Made by a program: the position numbers and the translations under genes
The notes under the pieces: generated by a model
Told to the model about the DNA's origin: nothing
What the model saw: the letters and a program-made list of their open reading frames with translations, nothing else
Databases searched by the model: none
In this document: in pieces, positions 17,124 to 26,739 of the stretch
How positions within the stretch are numbered: the first letter of the stretch is position 1
Layout of the letters: every line of letters starts with the position of its first letter
Source: Candidatus Saccharimonadota bacterium
Lineage (GTDB): Bacteria > Patescibacteriota > Patescibacteriia > 2-12-FULL-60-25
Direction of reading: 5' to 3'
Length of the DNA: 32,000 nt
Assembly: GCA_023898425.1 (NCBI GenBank)
Contig: CP060222.1
Span: forward strand, 720,001 to 752,000

Positions 17124-18128
17124 TTAGGAAGAGAAGACGCTACGTTTATAGAGATCGAGATTTTCGAGTGCGATGCCTGTGCCTTTTGCCACGCATTGCT
17201 GTGGGTTATCAGCCATAAAGGCAGGAACGCCGGTTGCTTCTGAAAAAAGACGATCTAAATTTCGTAATTGTGACGAACCTCCAGAGAGGACCATACCCTT
17301 TTGCATCACATCTGCCGAAAGCTCAGGAGGCGTGTTGCGTAAAACGTCTTTGATGGCATCAACGATTCCAGCGAGCTCATGTTGAATCGCGTCCGTTACA
17401 TCATCAGAGGTCACGGTGATGACACGCGGCAAACCATTGATCATATCGCGACCCTTTACTTCGAGCTCTAGTTTTTCTTCGAGATAGAGTGCTGAACCGA
17501 TACGGATTTTAATTTCTTCTGATGTACGCTCACCAATAGCGAGACCGTATTTACGACGAACATGTTCTTGAATAGCACCATCCAATTTATTGCCACCAAT
17601 ACGAACAGAAGAAGAAGCCACAATGCCACCCAAAGAAATAACAGCGATCTCAGAAGTGCCGCCGCCGATATCAATAATCATGTGTCCAGATGCTGAGCCA
17701 ATTGGAATATCAGCACCAATAGCAGCAACAACAGGTTCTTTGATAATGTAAGCCGCTCTAGCACCAGCACTAATCGTGGCATCGATAACCGCACGACGTT
17801 CGGTAGAAGTGATACCACCCGGAACAGCAACCATTACCTCTGGACGAAACAAACGCACGCCTCCGAGCGCCTTATTAATAAAGTAACGTAGCATCGCCTC
17901 CGTGGTGCGGTAGTCAGCGATAACACCGTCTTTAAGTGGACGTTTTGCCACGATGGTGTCTGGAGTACGGCCAATCATGTCTTTTGCTTCTTTGCCTACG
18001 GCGAGTACTTTTTTATCTGCTAACGAAATCGCAACAACTGAAGGTTCGTTAATAATGATCCCTTTTTTTGGGATGTAGACGAGTACGGTCGTGGTGCCTA
18101 GATCGATACCAATTTTTTTTCCGAACAT
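17124..18128 (-). CDS. mreB: Rod shape-determining actin homologue MreB
   Basis: 334-aa ORF. IGIDLGTTTVLVY phosphate-1 motif, MIIDIGGGTSEIAVISLGGIV, and GMVLSGGSSQLRNLDRL. Confidence 0.93.
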   Translation of the reverse strand: MFGKKIGIDLGTTTVLVYIPKKGIIINEPSVVAISLADKKVLAVGKEAKDMIGRTPDTIVAKRPLKDGVIADYRTTEAMLRYFINKALGGVRLFRPEVMVAVPGGITSTERRAVIDATISAGARAAYIIKEPVVAAIGADIPIGSASGHMIIDIGGGTSEIAVISLGGIVASSSVRIGGNKLDGAIQEHVRRKYGLAIGERTSEEIKIRIGSALYLEEKLELEVKGRDMINGLPRVITVTSDDVTDAIQHELAGIVDAIKDVLRNTPPELSADVMQKGMVLSGGSSQLRNLDRLFSEATGVPAFMADNPQQCVAKGTGIALENLDLYKRSVFSS

Positions 18129-18130
18129 AG

Positions 18131-20107
18131 CTAGAAGGTAATATGAAAATCACGAGTCAGATCCCAAAACTTGGTATAACGGTAGTAGAGATCTCCCCAC
18201 TCCACGCGGTCTTCAGGAGGAACCGCGTCTTTAATGTTCTTACCGAATGAGAGATCTAGCGTCAATTCACGCTTAGCTCCTGGTTGTTTTTGGGCCAAAA
18301 GCACATATTCACCCTTTTGTACCTGAGACAAGATACGTGGCGGTAATTTATAGGTAAATGAGATTGTATTACGAGATGCGAGATCAACGGACCAGTGACA
18401 GCCAAAAACCTGCTTACCTAATTCTTTATACACATCCGGTCGACAGCCGGTTGCGGTAATAAATTCTGAACCCTCAGGCACATAGACCCTGGTATAACTA
18501 CGATACCTTGTATAACGCCAATCCGCGGTTTGTGCATTATTTCGATATTGAAGTTTTGTTGTTGCTATAAGATCACCGTTAGCATCTTCGTTAATACTAT
18601 AGAGCACTTCTTTATCAACAACACCATCCGTTTTTTGCGCATTAATATTTGCATCAACAACCCAGAGATAGTCGTTATCTGTTGCAAGCGTTCTCCCCGC
18701 CCAGCCACGTCGATCAAGCACCTCTTGTGTGGACTTATCTTTTACAGCAACGATCATATCTCCCTGATTAAGCGACTGAGTCACCACAGTTAACAGTGTA
18801 GGCCAAGAAGATGCCGGCAAGGTCATAAGACGCTGAATAAGCGCATCCCCTACTTGTTTTACGATCTCTTTGCGTTGTGCGACGGGCTTACCTTCAAATA
18901 AAAAGCCTTGGTCAACATCAAATTGCAACTTATCAAAAAAGTTTGCCTCATCAAATACACGACCCTCAACGGTGATAGGACCCGTTAAACGCAAGAAGCC
19001 CTTAAAAATTTCTGGTGTTAAGAAAATAACACCGTCAACATGAACATTTTTATTTCGACCTAAGGCATTTTCGCGAACATAAAAGTCCATAATTGTTGCC
19101 GCAGAAGAAGGCGCATCAGGGGACCAGTTTGCATCACGTAGATAGAAAACTTTGTTTAAAAATTGTCCTGCTAGACCGATTGGTTGTGGCTCGTTCCATT
19201 TGCCATCAACAGATTGATCGAGAGCGTACACATCCTCGAATTCAAAAGATTCAAGATGACCCGCATCAACCGTAACAACGCCAATATTTCCGATAAAGCC
19301 ACCTGTTGGACGTAACTCGTCACTATTTTGCAATAAAACTAGATAGGTTTTTTGTTCTGGAACGCCGGATAGCGGTACGAGCCACTCAAGAACATCAACA
19401 GCATTTTTTAATGCTGTATCAGCTTCGGCCAGCCGATTTGCATAAGGAGCGATGACTTCTCGCACTGGTAATAACAATTCTTCTTGTGGGATTTGTGACC
19501 ATGTATTTGAAGCAATAGCAATACGTTCTCGCGCTAAACGTAATTTTGGCAATAACTCGTAGAGCTTTGCCATAATCGCCTTTCGCTCATCACTTGTAAG
19601 ATCTTGATACGAACGATTACTACCAATCACTTGCCCAGGGAGCGCGGCTTCGTTTAATGCCTCATTTATCTCTCGAGCCACTTGAACAAGTTCGCGTGCT
19701 CCGGCGATAGCGGATCCGCCTACACGACTAACAGACTCAAGCGACTGAATACGAGTACCGATCCAAGGTGCATAGCGCCAAGCGCCAAAGGCCTTAAAAC
19801 CTTTTTGCACATCCGCCAAACCAGCTTCGGCAATAAGAAGATCTTCGTCAGCACCGGCAAAATCAAGACTCGCGACGCGCTCTGGTAAACGCTTTAGTGC
19901 ACTCCTAGCCGTAAGCGCACCAGTACTAGCAAGTGCCGAACCATAAAGAACAGGTAAAATAAACACCACAACAAGAAGCGTTACGAAAAGTGCAACGGGC
20001 CATCCCATGCCTTTAAGCCATGACGGCCACTTTGTCGGTTTTTTATTTAACGAAGCATCTGTATGCGATGTTACTTCGTGTAGTAGATTTGGAGACTCAT
20101 GCGACAT
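18131..20107 (-). CDS. DUF4012 domain-containing membrane-anchored protein
   Basis: 658-aa ORF. N-terminal TM WPVALFVTLLVVVFILPVLY. The LLQNSDELRPTGGFIGNIG motif is the one I recall as the DUF4012 hallmark. Stop is 2 nt before the mreB start. Confidence 0.7.
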   Translation of the reverse strand: MSHESPNLLHEVTSHTDASLNKKPTKWPSWLKGMGWPVALFVTLLVVVFILPVLYGSALASTGALTARSALKRLPERVASLDFAGADEDLLIAEAGLADVQKGFKAFGAWRYAPWIGTRIQSLESVSRVGGSAIAGARELVQVAREINEALNEAALPGQVIGSNRSYQDLTSDERKAIMAKLYELLPKLRLARERIAIASNTWSQIPQEELLLPVREVIAPYANRLAEADTALKNAVDVLEWLVPLSGVPEQKTYLVLLQNSDELRPTGGFIGNIGVVTVDAGHLESFEFEDVYALDQSVDGKWNEPQPIGLAGQFLNKVFYLRDANWSPDAPSSAATIMDFYVRENALGRNKNVHVDGVIFLTPEIFKGFLRLTGPITVEGRVFDEANFFDKLQFDVDQGFLFEGKPVAQRKEIVKQVGDALIQRLMTLPASSWPTLLTVVTQSLNQGDMIVAVKDKSTQEVLDRRGWAGRTLATDNDYLWVVDANINAQKTDGVVDKEVLYSINEDANGDLIATTKLQYRNNAQTADWRYTRYRSYTRVYVPEGSEFITATGCRPDVYKELGKQVFGCHWSVDLASRNTISFTYKLPPRILSQVQKGEYVLLAQKQPGAKRELTLDLSFGKNIKDAVPPEDRVEWGDLYYRYTKFWDLTRDFHITF

Positions 20108-20112
20108 ATCCC

Positions 20113-20943
20113 CTATGATACACGGGGATGCCGTTTGCCGCGATGTTTTGCAAAATAATAGAGAGCGCTTTTGATATGCTCACGCGCAATGCGATTTGTA
20201 ATAATGTCTAATGGCGTACGCAAACGACTCTCGCGTTTATGATAATGAACGATTCTTGCATGCGGGTAATAGGTAACCTTGTGACCCGCCTCCCAAGCTC
20301 GGCGGCACAAGTCGGTGTCTTCAAAGTACATAAAGAATCTGTCATCAAAACCCTTTAGAGCCTCGAGAATCGGCCGACGGATGAGCATGGCGGAACCCAT
20401 AATCCAATCAACATCTTGTATTTGCTCGCGATTCATCGTTTTTAAAAGATAACGATCAAGGGTTCGCTTTGCCCATGGTAATGCCCCTAAAATGGTACGA
20501 CGATACACGGGCACCATAATAGAAGGAAATGCATAACAGTTATCCTGATCTGATCCGTCTGGGTTTGTTGTTCGTGGACCTGAGATGGCAACTTCTTCGG
20601 ATTCATCCATCCACTGGACCCAACGCTCTAACTCCCCAGAGAAAAGAAGGACATCTGGATTTACTAAGGCAATATACTGACCCGTCGCTTGCTCTAATGC
20701 AAGGTTATTACCTCGACCAAAACCTACATTGCCACCAGCGGATAGATACGTCACCCATGGGTACTTTGTTTCGATCATCTCCTGAAGGCCATCGCCACCG
20801 TCACAATCAACGACAATATACTCATAATCAAAAGCAAGCGCTGCATCTTGAACGCTTTGCAATAAATGTCTAATGAGATGTGCCGAACGATAGTTTACCG
20901 TGACAAAACTCACCTTTGGTCGAGTGATCGACATGCCGCACAT
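20113..20943 (-). CDS. Glycosyltransferase family 2 (rhamnosyltransferase-like, soluble)
   Basis: 276-aa ORF. VSFVTVNYRS, VVDCDGGDG, GGNVGFGRGNN, VNPDV and FMYFEDTDLCRR, typical of GT2/WbbL-like enzymes. An alternative start lies at the M of MSITRP. Confidence 0.85.
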   Translation of the reverse strand: MCGMSITRPKVSFVTVNYRSAHLIRHLLQSVQDAALAFDYEYIVVDCDGGDGLQEMIETKYPWVTYLSAGGNVGFGRGNNLALEQATGQYIALVNPDVLLFSGELERWVQWMDESEEVAISGPRTTNPDGSDQDNCYAFPSIMVPVYRRTILGALPWAKRTLDRYLLKTMNREQIQDVDWIMGSAMLIRRPILEALKGFDDRFFMYFEDTDLCRRAWEAGHKVTYYPHARIVHYHKRESRLRTPLDIITNRIAREHIKSALYYFAKHRGKRHPRVS

Positions 20944-20946
20944 GTA

Positions 20947-21957
20947 TCAGATTTTGTCCGCTCCGACAAGGGGCGTGAACCATGATCGACGTTTTGAAGC
21001 GCCGATACTTTGTGCGCGAAAACGGTAATGCCAGCGGTATGCGACGAAACGCTGTTTCCAATAATCCAACGTTTGAGGCCACTGCTTGGGGCTGACAATG
21101 AAGAGCAGCCACCCATAAAGCATACGGATAAACAACCAAGGAAAATGTCTTAACCGCCACCAACCATTATCCATAGCGGATTCTGCAATACGAAAACAGC
21201 GATACATCTCGAGAGAGGATTTGCCACGATCAAGTGATAAGCTAGCAGGCCACCAAATAGCCGCATCGTCTAAACGTTCTGAAAGTGTGCCGGTAGCTGT
21301 TAATACAGCTAATAGATGTTCGGGCGAACATGGCAAAATCGAACGCTCGTCTAGCCACTCTGCCATCTCTGGCGTTGAGAGCTCTGCGGCACGCACGATA
21401 AAAGCGTGAGGCGCTGGAGCAAACCACACCATCGGCGAAACAAGCTCCTTACGATCACGACCCTGAAGCAAATGAATAGGACGACGAAAACGATTGAGCG
21501 CTTGTCCTGCTGAAAGAATCGTCGGAGAAAAAGTATAAACGCGACGTTCGTCACTATCTTGCTCTTGCGAAGCAGCGCAGACCGTGGCACCAAGCATCCC
21601 AATCTCTGGCTCGCGATCAAGTTTTTCAAGAAAGCGTTTGAGCGCCTCTTGCCCAAATAAGACACCAGGACGAACAAAAACGAGATACCGCTTTGATAAG
21701 TCTTGACCTTCCCATCGGCTGAGCGCAAAACGAATAGCGCGTTTCCAACAAAGTGAGAGCTCTTGTCTTTTTGCTTGTCGCAAAACAACAGTTTTTACAT
21801 CTTCTTCGAGCGCCTCAGATCTATCTGGGGTGTTTTGCACAACAAGTGACTGCCATTCTTCTGTTGTTTGACCTTCTAATGTTGATCTCGTTTCTTGCCA
21901 AAGCGTTTCATCTCCATCCAAAACGGCAACGGTCATTAGTCGTGTAGCTGACTGCAT
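20947..21957 (-). CDS. Hypothetical protein, weakly GT2-like (divergent, Arg/Trp-rich)
   Basis: 336-aa ORF tightly packed between two GT2 genes (1-nt and 3-nt gaps). The segments VAVLDGDE and YLVFVRPGVLF loosely resemble GT2 strands. No confident motif. Confidence 0.3.
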   Translation of the reverse strand: MQSATRLMTVAVLDGDETLWQETRSTLEGQTTEEWQSLVVQNTPDRSEALEEDVKTVVLRQAKRQELSLCWKRAIRFALSRWEGQDLSKRYLVFVRPGVLFGQEALKRFLEKLDREPEIGMLGATVCAASQEQDSDERRVYTFSPTILSAGQALNRFRRPIHLLQGRDRKELVSPMVWFAPAPHAFIVRAAELSTPEMAEWLDERSILPCSPEHLLAVLTATGTLSERLDDAAIWWPASLSLDRGKSSLEMYRCFRIAESAMDNGWWRLRHFPWLFIRMLYGWLLFIVSPKQWPQTLDYWKQRFVAYRWHYRFRAQSIGASKRRSWFTPLVGADKI

Positions 21958-21958
21958 A

Positions 21959-23452
21959 TCATGATCGTTGTTTTGTCTCTTTTCGTTTTAATGTGACATT
22001 AAAACCTAGAGGCTTATTAAGCATCATACGTGTTTGTGCATCGATTGCAGGGATGGATCCAAAGAGAATCAAGGTCACTGGAGCCAATAACCACTGTAAA
22101 ACGATCGTAAGATAAGCAAATGGCCTTGGATAGCGGTGTGGTATAGGCGGTAATAATGTTAAGGCAAGACCCGCTGAAACAAACATACCGAGCAACGAAA
22201 GTCGCATCAGCCATTGCAAGGTAAAAGGCGTATTTTGAAAGATGGCATACGAACGAAATGCTTCTGGCGCCACGAAAAATGGTAAGAACCCTAAAACCGT
22301 AATAAGCAAAGGCGCCGTCGCCCAGGTTAAAGTTCCTTCAAATTGCTTAAAAATCCATACCGTCTTTTCCCATCGAGGCATTTCTTTATCTTTAGAAAAT
22401 TTCTCGATCATATAAGGAAAATTTTCTACTCCCCAAGCCCAACGTCTCAGTTGTTTATAGAGAGCTGGTAAGGCCTGAAAGTATTTGCCTGTCATTACCG
22501 TGTCCATCGATACAGGGAGATGAATGGGAATAACGTGATAATCACCATGATAACGAACAAGACCCTGTAAGAAAATACGAGAGTCTTCTGAAACAATGTC
22601 TTTTTGCCAATACCCTACATCCATAAGCATGCGCAAAGACATTGAGTGAGATGAAAACGTCATCATTCCTTCTGGACGAGCGAGTTCCGTCATTAACCAA
22701 AACGTTGTACCAAACATTGCTACGCGTACAGCCGCTGGAGACTCCCAAAGATTATTATTATAAAGCGCTACCGGCTGATACGAGCAACGCGTTGGTACAG
22801 GGGCGTTTAAATACTCCCAAGAAACACTCGAAAAGTATTGAGGGTGAACAATAGTATCGATATCAAACGAAGAAACCACCGTCCAATCAGGATCAATACC
22901 CGCTGCCAATAATGTGGGCTCTATAACTTTTGCTGCAAAATTTAAATTTGAACCTTTACCAGGAATCTCATCAGGTAAGCCTGCGGGGTGTACCGTAGAA
23001 TAAAGCCCAGCAAAAACCCCTTGAAACTCAGGAAAGACTGTATCTACGATTGTACGAAAATTTGCCTCATCTCTCCCCTCGCCAGCGATCACGATAAACA
23101 TCCGTTCTGACGGATAAGTTGTTTTAGATAATGAGTGCAACGTTTCACGAATAACTTCTAAAGGCTCTTTGTACGTTGGTAAAAAAATCACGTGCCGCAA
23201 CTTATCGTAATGCGGCAATAGTCGCGCTTCTGACTCCCAATCTCTTTTGATTGCCTTGCGATAGCGCCACCAAGAGAGAATAAGAAACGGCGCAAAGTAG
23301 GTAATACGTAATAACCAATACAAATCAAAAACAATGATAAAATACACCATCCAAAGTGGACGAATGAAGGAAAATAACGTTGCTAAAAGCAAAACGGTCC
23401 AGGTTGTCGCGCCGGGTAAAATTTCAAAAAAACGTTTTTGAGAAAATTTCAT
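21959..23452 (-). CDS. Membrane-embedded GT2 synthase-like glycosyltransferase (processive, cellulose/chitin-synthase-like)
   Basis: 497-aa ORF. N-terminal and C-terminal TM clusters. IFLPTYKEPLEVIRETLHSLSKTTYP, SSFDIDT and the QxxRW motif in YKQLRRWAWG. Confidence 0.8.
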   Translation of the reverse strand: MKFSQKRFFEILPGATTWTVLLLATLFSFIRPLWMVYFIIVFDLYWLLRITYFAPFLILSWWRYRKAIKRDWESEARLLPHYDKLRHVIFLPTYKEPLEVIRETLHSLSKTTYPSERMFIVIAGEGRDEANFRTIVDTVFPEFQGVFAGLYSTVHPAGLPDEIPGKGSNLNFAAKVIEPTLLAAGIDPDWTVVSSFDIDTIVHPQYFSSVSWEYLNAPVPTRCSYQPVALYNNNLWESPAAVRVAMFGTTFWLMTELARPEGMMTFSSHSMSLRMLMDVGYWQKDIVSEDSRIFLQGLVRYHGDYHVIPIHLPVSMDTVMTGKYFQALPALYKQLRRWAWGVENFPYMIEKFSKDKEMPRWEKTVWIFKQFEGTLTWATAPLLITVLGFLPFFVAPEAFRSYAIFQNTPFTLQWLMRLSLLGMFVSAGLALTLLPPIPHRYPRPFAYLTIVLQWLLAPVTLILFGSIPAIDAQTRMMLNKPLGFNVTLKRKETKQRS

Positions 23453-23829
23453 GCTTTTGGAAGCGTAATATTGGGCTCTGCGTCGTAAACCGGGGCTAGA
23501 TATTCTGTAGCGCTATAGGAATTTGTATCAAGCTGATCTTGAGCAACTTTGACTGTTTCTTGATCACCAAGATAATGCAATCCTACTAACGGTATAGACT
23601 TTAGTCTAGCAATAAGATTTGCGTCGAGCACACCCGTGCGAATGGCCGAAAAAGATCCTGGACCCGATATACAAAAAATACCTTCTAAATCACCCATATT
23701 TTTTGCCACCGCAGGAAGCAGCTTTTGACCACGGCCCTCAATTATTTTTAACCGAGGTTCTCCGTTCTTTTTCAGCAACGCATAACGAATAACACCGGAT
23801 TCATGCGTATCGATATAGAGCCATGACAT
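23449..23829 (-). CDS. tsaB: TsaB-like (tRNA t6A biosynthesis, YeaZ N-terminal domain only; short form)
   Basis: 126-aa ORF. IDTHE...ISGPGSFSAIRTGVLDANLIA matches the TsaB/YeaZ GPGSFTGLRIG region. It is about half the usual length. ATGA-type 4-nt overlap with the GT2 synthase. Confidence 0.55.
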   Translation of the reverse strand: MSWLYIDTHESGVIRYALLKKNGEPRLKIIEGRGQKLLPAVAKNMGDLEGIFCISGPGSFSAIRTGVLDANLIARLKSIPLVGLHYLGDQETVKVAQDQLDTNSYSATEYLAPVYDAEPNITLPKA

Positions 23830-23884
23830 AGCTACACTTCTGTTCGTTCGTGCAACTTACTCACAATAACCGTTTGAGGAGACT

Positions 23885-24445
23885 CTAAGATCGCGTATAA
23901 AAACGATCGGTCATGTCTTTGCGATAGCGATATTCTTCATTCGTCATCACGGTAAAGTTAATCTCAAACCCTAGCTGCTTTTCTGCATCGACAACAAGAG
24001 CTTTAAGCTTTGTCATTGGTAGACGATCTGCTACCACAAAAAGATCCACAGGAGCTGACCCCTGCTTACCTAAAAAGGCACCGTGCAAAGACAGATGACG
24101 TATGTCACCTAACTCAAGGATAGACTTATCGAGTCTACCACCCATCATTACCTGTGCTCGCAAGATTAATGCTGTGAGCTCATCAAGAAGAGTAAAATTT
24201 GGATTCACACGATAATACTTCTTTTTTGTTGCGGATACTTTTTTGCCTTTTACGGGTTTTTCTTCATCAATAATCTCTTCGATAAGCCCAATATCCACAA
24301 GATTCTTGATTTCGCGACGTACGGCGTTAATTTGAGTACTGATGCGACGGGTTAATTCACGTACAAAAATAGCTTCGTCCGGGTTTCGCAAGAAGAGGCT
24401 GAGGAGCTTTACGCGGGTACGAGAACCAAAAAGGTGTTCAAGCAT
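23885..24445 (-). CDS. Winged-helix (ArsR/MarR-like) transcriptional regulator with an uncharacterised C-terminal domain
   Basis: The ORF track starts at a TTG (24496). I prefer ATG 24445 (MLEHLFGSRTRVKLLSLFLRNPDEAIFVRELTRRISTQINAVRREIKNLVDIGLIEE), a wHTH pattern. TATACT lies 6 nt upstream of this ATG. Confidence 0.6.
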   Translation of the reverse strand: MLEHLFGSRTRVKLLSLFLRNPDEAIFVRELTRRISTQINAVRREIKNLVDIGLIEEIIDEEKPVKGKKVSATKKKYYRVNPNFTLLDELTALILRAQVMMGGRLDKSILELGDIRHLSLHGAFLGKQGSAPVDLFVVADRLPMTKLKALVVDAEKQLGFEINFTVMTNEEYRYRKDMTDRFYTRS

Positions 24446-24552
24446 ACAATTAGTATAAGATTGCCCTACTTGTGGCGCCTTGACAAGTTTGTGCAATTAT
24501 CCCTGTTTTCACTCGACGCATTGCCCAGTCCACCCTATACTCTATCTATTCT

Positions 24553-26526
24553 ATGGAGCAGACTATCAGATTGGCAGAAATCGAAGTAAGCCGTGATATT
24601 GAGCAAGAACGCATTGTTGGGCTTTTTCGTTATCAAGATGAAAAACTTGGCACCAAGAGTCCTCAATTGTTGCTCATGGCGGACATCGCATCTTCGCTTT
24701 ATGTCTATGAACAACTATTGGACACATTAAATGATGCCGCCGAACGTGTTTATCGCCAGCTCTCGTCTACAAACACTGAACCGATGTCACGATTTGAAAA
24801 AATCGTAAAAAGACTGAATGACGCCGTGAGTCAATTTGTGGCATCAGAACCATCAGAAATGAATTGGGGTCGAGTAAGTCTTTATGTCTTTGAAATTCAT
24901 GACAAATCATTGTGCGTAAGTGGTATCGGTCACCTTAGTAACGCTTTCTTACAAAAGGCTGGAGACAGTTATCGTACCTTTGATCTTTTTGGTTCATTAG
25001 ATGTTCCGGCCGTCCCTGATACGAATAAGTTATTTAGCGCATTAGTGTGTGGCGATATGAAGCCGGGTGATGTCTTTTTTGCTGGCACATCAAACTTTGA
25101 ACGATTGCGTGGTGAGCTCGATCTCGTAAATAAACTAAAGTCTCTCCCACCTGTGAGCGCTGCACTTGAAATCACGCAAGAAATCGAGCGTTATTCTACG
25201 GATGAGGATTTTGCCGGTATTGTTATCTCTTGCAATGCCGTTCAACAACGTCCTACAACAATAGCGCCAAAATCTGAACCTCAACACAGCGGACAATCGA
25301 TGCAGGATCTCTACAAACGTGAAAAAGCGACCGAACAAATGCTCTCACCCTCGGTGAGTAATAAACTCGTAGAAAAAGATACCGATGATCTTCCTCCTTC
25401 ACCACGTCGATCACAAACAAGCTTTAGCTTTGTCGCACTCTTAGCAGAATTTAAAAATACCTTAAAACAACGCAAGCGCTCGCCACTAAGCAATCTCGGA
25501 AAGGATGCTACCACCTTAGCTGGTATGCGAAATATGGGTGCAGGACACGGCACCGCTCTCTCTAAGACGCGTAAACGTCAGTTGATCCTACTTGGAGCTA
25601 CCCTGTTTCTTATTGCTATTGGTGGACTTTTTTGGAACTCGCATACAAAAAAACAAAAAGCCTTAGCTCTTTGGAATACACAATTTGAACAAGCTCAAGA
25701 TCGACGTACACGCGCCGAAAGCTCACTCCTCTATGGCAATGAGCAAGGTGCGCGTAATCTTCTTCAAGAAGCTCGCACTCTCGCAAATGGACTTAGCGAA
25801 GACGAAAATGATCTAAAAGAGAAAAAGACCAACCTTCTTAACGAGCTTGATGCGGTCGCTGTAAAAATTCGTCGTAATGTGGTCGTCACACCTGTGCAGC
25901 TTGCGAGCGCATCTTTAGGAGCTCAACCAGGAGCGCTTCGCACGCCATTTATCTTGGGTGGTAATATCTACGCGATTGATCAAAGCGCTCAAAGCATTAT
26001 TCGGGTTGACCCTTCGCAAACAAATGTTCAACGCTATCCATTTACCGCTGACTCTGGCGAGATTGTCGCTGCAGCCGGAGGCGCTACAACTGGCCTCCTC
26101 GTAACCTCTGGTGGCAATGCGCTCTCAATGAACCCAACAACAGGCAATACAACCTCGTTAGGATCCATTAGCACCTCTACCTTGGCCGCAATGACGATCT
26201 ATAACCGTCGTCTCTATAGCCTTAATCCACAAAATGGCACGCTGTTACGTCACGAAGCGAGTGGCTCCGGATTTGGTGCAGGCACAAGCTATATCAAACA
26301 AACATCTACCCCTCTTACAAATACGAGTGGTATCGCTATTGATTCGTCTGTCTATGTTTCTTGGAGTGATGGTCGCATCAAACGCTACCTTTCAGGAGCT
26401 GAAGAATCTTGGTCCGTCGCAACGGTTGATCCAGCGGTTACCTCTATCAGTTCTATTTGGACGGATTCAGCAAATCACGATCGCATTGTCGCTACAGATC
26501 CACAAGGCAAACGTATTCTTGTCTAG
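24553..26526 (+). CDS. Large single-pass membrane protein: cytoplasmic N-domain, TM, extracytoplasmic coiled-coil and beta-propeller-like repeats (3' end apparently frameshifted)
   Basis: 657-aa ORF. TM LILLGATLFLIAIGGLFW at about aa 345. C-terminal blade-like repeats: IYAIDQSAQSIIRVD, LYSLNPQNGTLLRHE, VYVSWSDGRIKRY and IVATDPQGKRILV. No family recognised. Confidence 0.6.
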   Translation: MEQTIRLAEIEVSRDIEQERIVGLFRYQDEKLGTKSPQLLLMADIASSLYVYEQLLDTLNDAAERVYRQLSSTNTEPMSRFEKIVKRLNDAVSQFVASEPSEMNWGRVSLYVFEIHDKSLCVSGIGHLSNAFLQKAGDSYRTFDLFGSLDVPAVPDTNKLFSALVCGDMKPGDVFFAGTSNFERLRGELDLVNKLKSLPPVSAALEITQEIERYSTDEDFAGIVISCNAVQQRPTTIAPKSEPQHSGQSMQDLYKREKATEQMLSPSVSNKLVEKDTDDLPPSPRRSQTSFSFVALLAEFKNTLKQRKRSPLSNLGKDATTLAGMRNMGAGHGTALSKTRKRQLILLGATLFLIAIGGLFWNSHTKKQKALALWNTQFEQAQDRRTRAESSLLYGNEQGARNLLQEARTLANGLSEDENDLKEKKTNLLNELDAVAVKIRRNVVVTPVQLASASLGAQPGALRTPFILGGNIYAIDQSAQSIIRVDPSQTNVQRYPFTADSGEIVAAAGGATTGLLVTSGGNALSMNPTTGNTTSLGSISTSTLAAMTIYNRRLYSLNPQNGTLLRHEASGSGFGAGTSYIKQTSTPLTNTSGIAIDSSVYVSWSDGRIKRYLSGAEESWSVATVDPAVTSISSIWTDSANHDRIVATDPQGKRILV

Positions 26527-26665
26527 GCGTAAATCTGACGGTGCTTTTATCGCGCAACTCACCTCTCCAAACTTTCAAGGCCCTACCTATGTAACAGGTG
26601 ATGGCGAAAAGAAAAAACTCTACGTTACCGACAATAATATTCTTTGGGAACTAGATCTGCCTTAA
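26524..26665 (+). pseudogene. Out-of-frame (+1) continuation of the preceding gene: a likely final propeller blade separated by a frameshift
   Basis: Tail of ORF 26234..26665: ..VFLSRRKSDGAFIAQLTSPNFQGPTYVTGDGEKKKLYVTDNNILWELDLP*. It continues the repeat pattern (LYVTDNNILWELD) directly after ..DPQGKRILV*. Confidence 0.5.
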
Positions 26666-26739
26666 TGTTGTCCACGTGTGCTATTTCTTAAAAAGAAAAA
26701 ATCCGTTATACTAAGAGCAAGTTGAATGACTTGCTCTTT

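Noticed and set aside
20870-21788. Overlapping minus-strand ORFs of 97, 68, 61 and 145 aa, and a 62-aa plus-strand ORF, within the 336-aa GT2-like gene region.
   Set aside because: They are alternative frames of a slightly more GC-rich segment. The 336-aa frame is the one that abuts both neighbouring genes with 1-3 nt gaps, as expected for an operon member.
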